DNA of 64,000 bases. Origin: Octopus sinensis (lineage: Eukaryota). The DNA is taken from contig NC_043004.1 in assembly GCF_006345805.1 (NCBI RefSeq), forward strand, positions 91,450,001 through 91,514,000, read 5' to 3'. The notes beneath the pieces were generated by a model. It was not told where the DNA came from. It worked only from the letters and a program-made list of their open reading frames with translations, and made no database searches. Positions 56,576 through 64,000 of this stretch are shown here, one piece after another; within the stretch, counting starts at the first letter, position 1; every line of letters starts with the position of its first letter. The position numbers and the translations under genes were made by a program.

Positions 56576-58016
56576 TTGTACCCCCACCATTGCTTGACAG
56601 CTGATATTGCTGTGTTTACATTCCCATAACATAGCGGTTTGGCAAAAGACACTGATAGAATAAGTACTAGGCTTACAAAGAAGAAATCCCATGGTCAAGT
56701 TGTTCAACCAAAGGCAGTGCTCCAGCATGGCCAAAGTCACATAACTGAAACAAGTAAAACAATAAAAGAACTATGCTATTTTAATCCTGAGCAAGGCTGG
56801 GTATCTCTACTAGCATATATATATATACAAGCTCCTGGGGCTACAAGCTACAGTAACACCCACCCTTAGTGGTTAGCCATAATGAGATGGCAAACATACC
56901 TCACATTGTCGTGCAGTTACTGTTTATACCTCATTCAGAGATTTATTATATATATATATGATATAAATTATATATAAATATATGCATATATACATACATA
57001 TATGTACATACCTACATATATATGTATATATACATGCATATATGGGTACAGGACATCAAAAAAATGTTGAACACAATGGGAAACAAAAGCAGAAAAACAA
57101 AAACATAGAAAACGAACATTTTTTTTGAACAACGCAAAAAAACAAACAGAGAAATGAGACATGACTTCAAACCAACCATCTCTACTCATTTTTTCAAAAA
57201 TATAATACTGTACCAAGGCATCACCATTTGCAGTCTACCCCATCAGATGGTGTCATCACTATTTATGCTTGGATAGCAACTGATGGTGTTTGTTTTGTAA
57301 TTCCTATCAAGAAATTGTTCATTAACACTGCACTTTTAAATTCCTCTAAAATAAATTTTTATTAAAAATTCCTGACTTGGAAAAGAGGTAAGGTTTGTCA
57401 TCAGGAAGAGCATCTGGCTGCAATAATTTGGTACAATTTCCTTTCATGTAAGACATGCTAGTTTGGAAAAACAGATGTTAAAATGGAACAGAAAAATGGA
57501 ATGAATATATATACATATATACATATATTTATACTGTACAAAGAAGACCAGCAGCCAATAAACAAATATGCACGAACACATTAAGCACCTGTAGTGTAAG
57601 CTCCTTTTATGGTATTCTTTCACTGGACAGCTACATCTAATACTGACTCAACAATGAAGAGGAGTTAGTTTCTTCCTTATTCATTCAGCTGTGACTAATG
57701 CCCTAAGTTCAACGTTATTTAATATATCTGCCATCTGATGATGTCACTTAAGAAAATTGGAAAACCAGCTCATTCTTCATTCACTTTTCCATGTTTTATT
57801 TAGAAGTATGTCTATTCCAAGTCAGTATGGAACACGGACATTAAATGATGATGACAATGATGCATACATCATCATCTTACACGCACACATGTATGTGCAT
57901 ATATATATATATACATGTGTGTGTGTGTGTAGGTATATATATATATATATATGTATATATATAATGTATTATATAGAGTTGATGAGAATGAAGATGAAGA
58001 GAGATCTGGAAGAAAA

Positions 58017-58402
58017 TGTGCAGGTGGCACATAAAAAGCACCCACTACACTCACGGAGTGGTTGGCGTTAGGAAGGGCATCCAGCTGTAGAAACACTGCC
58101 AGATCAGACTGGAGCCTGGTGCAGCCTTCTGGCTTCCCAGATCCCCGGTCGAACCGTCCAACCCATTCTAGCATGGAGAACGGATGTTAAATGATGATGA
58201 TGATGATGATGATGATGATATATATATATATATATATATATCCTGTACACTCTGTAAATTGGTGGCTGGCATTAGGAAGGGCATCCAGCCATAGAAACCA
58301 AGGCAAATCAAATAATTGGAGCCTGGTGCAGCTCCCTGAGTTGACAGTGCCTGTCAAACCATCCAGCCCAAGCCAACATGGAAAAAGGACATTAAATGAT
58401 GA
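58017..58402 (+). mobile_element. Two RTE family 1 3' ends
   Basis: 58017-58218 and a diverged copy at 58245-58402, both with ATG-repeat tails. Confidence 0.82.
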
Positions 58403-59062
58403 TTCTATATATATACATATATATATATATGCCTTATAGATTGACTATTCATGTTATATATACACATACATAAATAATAGTGTCAAAATTTTGGCACAAG
58501 CCCAGCAATGTTAGTGGGGTGTAAAGAGGTTGATTACATTGACCTCAGTACATATTTTATCAACCCCGAGAAGATTGAGAGTTATGGTCAACATTTTACA
58601 GAATGTAAAAAGCTGGATGAAGTGCTAATGATTCTGCCAGCTTGTCACCAGCTTGGAATGTTGTCAAACTGCTTCTGATAGTATTATTACTGTTAGTATA
58701 TTAATATTAGCAGAACCACACATGTTAGTCTGAACTTAGTTTTAGTAAACAGTGATTAGTTGTAAACATATACACACACACATTCAGGCACACATGCACA
58801 CACACGTACACACACACATGCACACATATATATATTTAGGCACACATATATTTTTAAAATCTTTTCATTTACCCTTCACTGTCAAATGATCGCATTGAGG
58901 TGCAACAGTAGAAGTCTGAGAATCCACTGATAAAATGGTACAATCCCTATCTGAAAGATAGAAAACACACATCTTCATATGAACCAAATCCAACATGACT
59001 CCATGTTACTATACATCATATAACATTGTAACAATGTTGACATAATATAATACATATAGGCA

Positions 59063-59096
<34 letters not shown>

Positions 59097-59789
59097 ACAT
59101 ATAAAAACGTTTCATGTATTTTGTAGTATACTATGGCTGCATAATGAACTGCAGGTTAACTCACTGCAGTTCTGAGTTGAACTGAGTAGAAAATCCAGTA
59201 GTACAGATTAAGAAAACAAAATTCAAAAATATTAAAAGATCATGAAGTATGTTAAGGGAAAGTATGAGATCAAACATGTAGGAGTGGGAGTTGTATAGAG
59301 TTGATGAGAATGAAGATGAAGAAAGAACTGGAAGAAAGAGGAAGGAGAAAAGAGAAAAAAAATTGTTGTTGCCAAGGGGGAAAAGTAGTGGTTGTAATCA
59401 TTTTACTGAGTGGGATGAAGATAAACACAAGCCCTACTGAATGCTGGTCACTTGGCAGAGAATAGCCAGCGCCAGTGCTGCTGACCAGGTGGTTTATATC
59501 ACAAAACATACACACATCTGCACACCTGTGCACGCAGGTAAAAGTATGGTTCAGAACTACTGTTATGAACTATCACAAATCTGAATGAACGCATCAAATA
59601 ATTGCAAGACTTTTCTTGTGTAAAAACTATTCGGAGCCTGGTGTAATAAATAACTGTCTGTCTCTATTTTGTGTATTGAGTGTTTCGTTCTTGACTCATA
59701 AACCATACCCAAGCATGTATACTACACACAAACACACACACATACACAAACACATACATGTGCATACACATATCTACATACATACAAAG

Positions 59790-60361
<572 letters not shown>

Positions 60362-60782
60362 ACTCTTACTCTTACTCTCTTTTACTTGTTTCAGTCATTT
60401 GACTGCGGCCATGCTGGAGCACCACCTTTAGTCGAGCAAATCGACCCCGGGACTTATTCTTTGTAAGCCCAGTACTTATTCTATCGGTCTCTTTTTTTTT
60501 GCCGAGCCGCTAAGTGACGGGGACGTAAACACACCAGCATCGGTTGTCAAGCAATGCTAGGGGGACAAACACAGACACACAAACATATACACACACATTT
60601 ATATATATATACATATATACGACAGGCTTCTTTCAGTTTCCGTCTACCAAATCCACTCACAAGGCATTGGTCGGCCCGGGGCTATAGCAGAAGACACTTG
60701 CCCAAGATGCCACGCAGTGGGACTGAACCCGGAACCATGTGGTTGGTTAGCAAGCTACTTACCACACAGCCACTCCTGCACC

Positions 60783-60783
<1 letters not shown>
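60362..60783 (-). mobile_element. SINE family A, full length
   Basis: Close to the 54730 copy (shared gccccgggccgaccaatgcc variant). Confidence 0.92.
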
Positions 60784-60814
<31 letters not shown>

Positions 60815-60917
60815 TATATGTATATATATATATATATTATATATATATATATATATATAATTATATATATATATATATATACATATATATAGTATCGGTA
60901 TATATATGTGTATGTGT

Positions 60918-61422
60918 GTTGCAAAGACCTGTTGAAGCAAGTGAAATCGAGATCAAATTTGATGACAGCACTGCATGATTGGCATCCGTGCTTGTGGATT
61001 GCTAAGAACACCATCTGAGTGTGATTGTTGCTAGAGCAGCTGATTGGCTTCCATGCTGGTGGCACATAAAAAGCATCATTTGAACATGATCGTTACCGGT
61101 ATCGCCTTACTGGCACTTGAAAAAATATTCGAGTGAGGTCATTGCCAGTGCTGCTGGACTGGCTCCTGTGCAGGTGGCACGTAAAAAAAACCAGCATTTA
61201 AGCGTGGCCGTTGCCAGTACTGCCTGACTGGCCCTCATGCCGGTGGCACATAAAAGCACCCACTACACTCTTGCAGTGGTTGGCGTTAGGAAGGGCATCC
61301 AGCAGTAGAAACTATGCCAGATCAGACTGGAGCCTGGTGCAACCATCTGGTTCACCAGTCCTCAGTCAAATCGTCAAACCCATGCCAGCATGGAAAGCGG
61401 ACGTTAAACAATGATGATGATG
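60918..61422 (+). mobile_element. RTE family 1 long 3' UTR fragment
   Basis: Collinear with 12585-13095. Confidence 0.9.
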
Positions 61423-61424
61423 AT

Positions 61425-61532
<108 letters not shown>

Positions 61533-61599
61533 CATAGAGCACAAGAAATACAGAAAATATGAGGAAATATGTAATTTCTTATTTTAACACCTGTTTCAG

Positions 61600-63850
61600 G
61601 AAGCTGTTAGTTATATAATAATCATAATTTATAGATGAAATATTCAAAAATGTCATGGGTATGCAATCAGTAACCAATCACATGGAGATATTACAAGGCT
61701 GGTTTCTCTCATCGAGAGAAGATTGATAAAGTGGATCATATAGTAGTGCCAACATATATAAATAGTCTAAAAGAGTGGAAGATTTGTATGACATAGAAAG
61801 GAAGGAAGAGAGGTAGAATAAAAGAAACGATTGGCATGGAGAGGGAGGAGGGTATTTATGATATAGGAAGGAAATAACAAACATAGAATGCAAGAAACAA
61901 TGAGAAAGAGCAAGATAGAGTAAAAGTCAGTTTTGTAAAAGCAAACATCACCGGTGGGTAAGGTAATCTATCTAAGAAGACAGTAACTCATTTAAGGATG
62001 GCAGTTAATCAGACAAAGACACAGGAAGAGATAAGCACCGCTGGAAAGGATTAGGATGGGGAGGGCAAAGAAAAAAATATGCTGAGATAAGGAGAATATG
62101 GTACAAGGAGAAAGGAGAAAGAAAATGGTGCTAACATAGCTAAATAATAAGAATGAGCTTTATCCACAATTAGGAGACATCATAAAGACTGTACATGATG
62201 AGAAAATGTGGAATAAAATTTGTGCTTACATGAGAAGGTTACATCAGAGAACCTATTGAGTAATGAGATATTATGATGGTGAAGAATAGCCAGCAATTCA
62301 TGTCAATATAACTTAAAAACATGATGGTTTGTGTTGTATGGGGAGATCCCACCAACTATGGATGAGGATAAGGTATAAGAAATGTCCTTGGACTTGAGGT
62401 GAAGCACGTGTGTAGCTAGGGACTAAAGAGTTTAGAAACTCAATTTGAGAATGAATTCAGGTGAGCCTGCTATTGGTGCTTCAGTTCAACGCTGCCACTA
62501 TAGCCTGGTGAGAACATGATGTAATTACCTGGCATTTATATAATGTTATAAAGTAAACAAAATCCATCTAACAGACATAGTTGGAAGACCCAACAATTAC
62601 TAGTTTTTCCACCAATGGTGGGCTTAGAATTAATCCTTATTTTATGCTGATTCATATGATCAGTCATCCTGAAGGAAGAACCAGAGGTGTTTTTACTCGT
62701 ATGGGGCTGATAGAGGGCATCACTACAAGTCAGGTGCATTAGGGTTACAAGTACTTGGGGCAATGCTATTATTCAAGTGGGTAGGATTCCCAATGCTAAA
62801 AGTATCAGTATCTAGCACGTAAGGGTGGAGGTAGATGAGTGGTTCATAGGGCAGTTAGTAAGATGACTAAGTTTGCACCTATTGGAAGATGCAGTGAGAG
62901 ATCCTAAGTTTAGTGTTATGGAGTATGAGATTTTAATCAAATATTAATTAAATTTTGGGTAATATTTTGTGGTGTAGTGGGAAATTAAAGCTTAGGATTT
63001 TGAAAAATAGCTTGGGTAAAGATTTAACTTGGAGGGAGAATAGGGGTGCAATCCATAAGATCCTCCACTTTTTGCTTCAAAAGAGCTTAGAAACCAGTGT
63101 AGTGGGCAGGAAATTATTCAACTACTGTGCTGGCTGCAGGAGAATTCAGTCGCTGGATGATGGCATGTGGATAGATAGAGGCAAACCTGGTGGACATAGC
63201 TTTTGTACTAGGAAATAGACATTTGAGTTTTGTTTTTAGTCTAGTACTGGAAATATATGAGATCCTCATGTGGAAGCCACTATTCTGGAGAACCTGGTTA
63301 TAGTACAAGCTATGATTATCAAAGATATCCTCGTTAGCTGATAGGTTATAGATCCTGATTGAAGCACCAGTGACAATGCCATTTAGAGCAAATCTATGGG
63401 GAATAGATTGGAGATTGATATATTTTTATGACTCATTTGGTTTATGGTAAGTGTAATCGAGGTTAGGTCAAAGTTGAGTCTTTTCTAAGAGGTTGGCTAC
63501 TTTAGTGCTGTTTTTGAACGAGGACCTTCCAGGTACATTCAATGGATAGTCAAAATGTACCTATGGGTGTGAAACCTCTGGGTATGCTAAGGAAGTGCTG
63601 GTTTATTTAAGAGGGAAGAAGAGACTAACCTGGTCAGTAACCTGAACAGAGTCCAAAGAGCCCATTGTTATATCAAAGATATCTATAGGGAATTTACGGG
63701 ACCAATAATTTTTAACATAAGACAAAAGTGTTTTTCTAGCTGCTAAGATAAAGTTGATGTCCAGCCAATAGAGGGGTGCAAATTTTCTCGCGAATATTAA
63801 GGCCTCATTTAATAGAATGGGGGGATAAGGAAAGTGGAACCAGATAATGA
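61600..63850 (-). pseudogene. Decayed PLE of a second type (Naiad-like): RT core, thumb and probable GIY-YIG remnant
   Basis: LLNEALIFA..AARKTLL..W..FDITMGSLDSVQV (ORF 63603-63959); YHKPNES*KYIN..IRIYNLSANEDIFD...YNQVLQNSGF (~63450-63270); ILWIAPLFSLQVK (~63060); IKISYSITLNLGS..SSNR (~62935); IYVGTT (~61755). Confidence 0.75.
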
Positions 63851-64000
63851 CATCAGTATGTGTGTATGTGTATGAATGCACACACACATACACACACACA
63901 TATACACACACACACACATATACATACATATATATACATATATACATACATATATACATACATACATGTGTGTGTGTATTTATATATCACTGTATTGACC

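Noticed and set aside
57733-57770. CTGATGA...GAAAA motif
   Set aside because: No stem II or stem I pairing found; likely chance.

Overview
Eukaryotic, AT-rich, repeat-saturated DNA, probably intronic or intergenic. The SINE, LINE and microsatellite content resembles an octopus (coleoid cephalopod) genome; that assignment is my inference from family recognition. I found no intact host gene, and nearly all listed ORFs are microsatellite translations. Contents: four tRNA-headed SINE families with swapped tails, two RTE-clade LINE families, decayed Penelope-like elements (PLEs) of two types, piggyBac-like MITEs, Helitron-like ends, a near-identical 1.8-kb tandem duplication and a CpG-retaining island at about 41-46 kb. 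The main signal is a set of at least six apparently unrelated short repeat families, mostly fold-back elements in or beside (TA)n tracts. Each carries a minimal type I hammerhead ribozyme motif (stem I-CUGANGA-stem II-GAAAC-near-palindromic stem III-NUH-stem I'). One family places a tRNA-derived Pol III promoter directly upstream of the hammerhead. All alignments and folds were read by eye, so boundaries are approximate.
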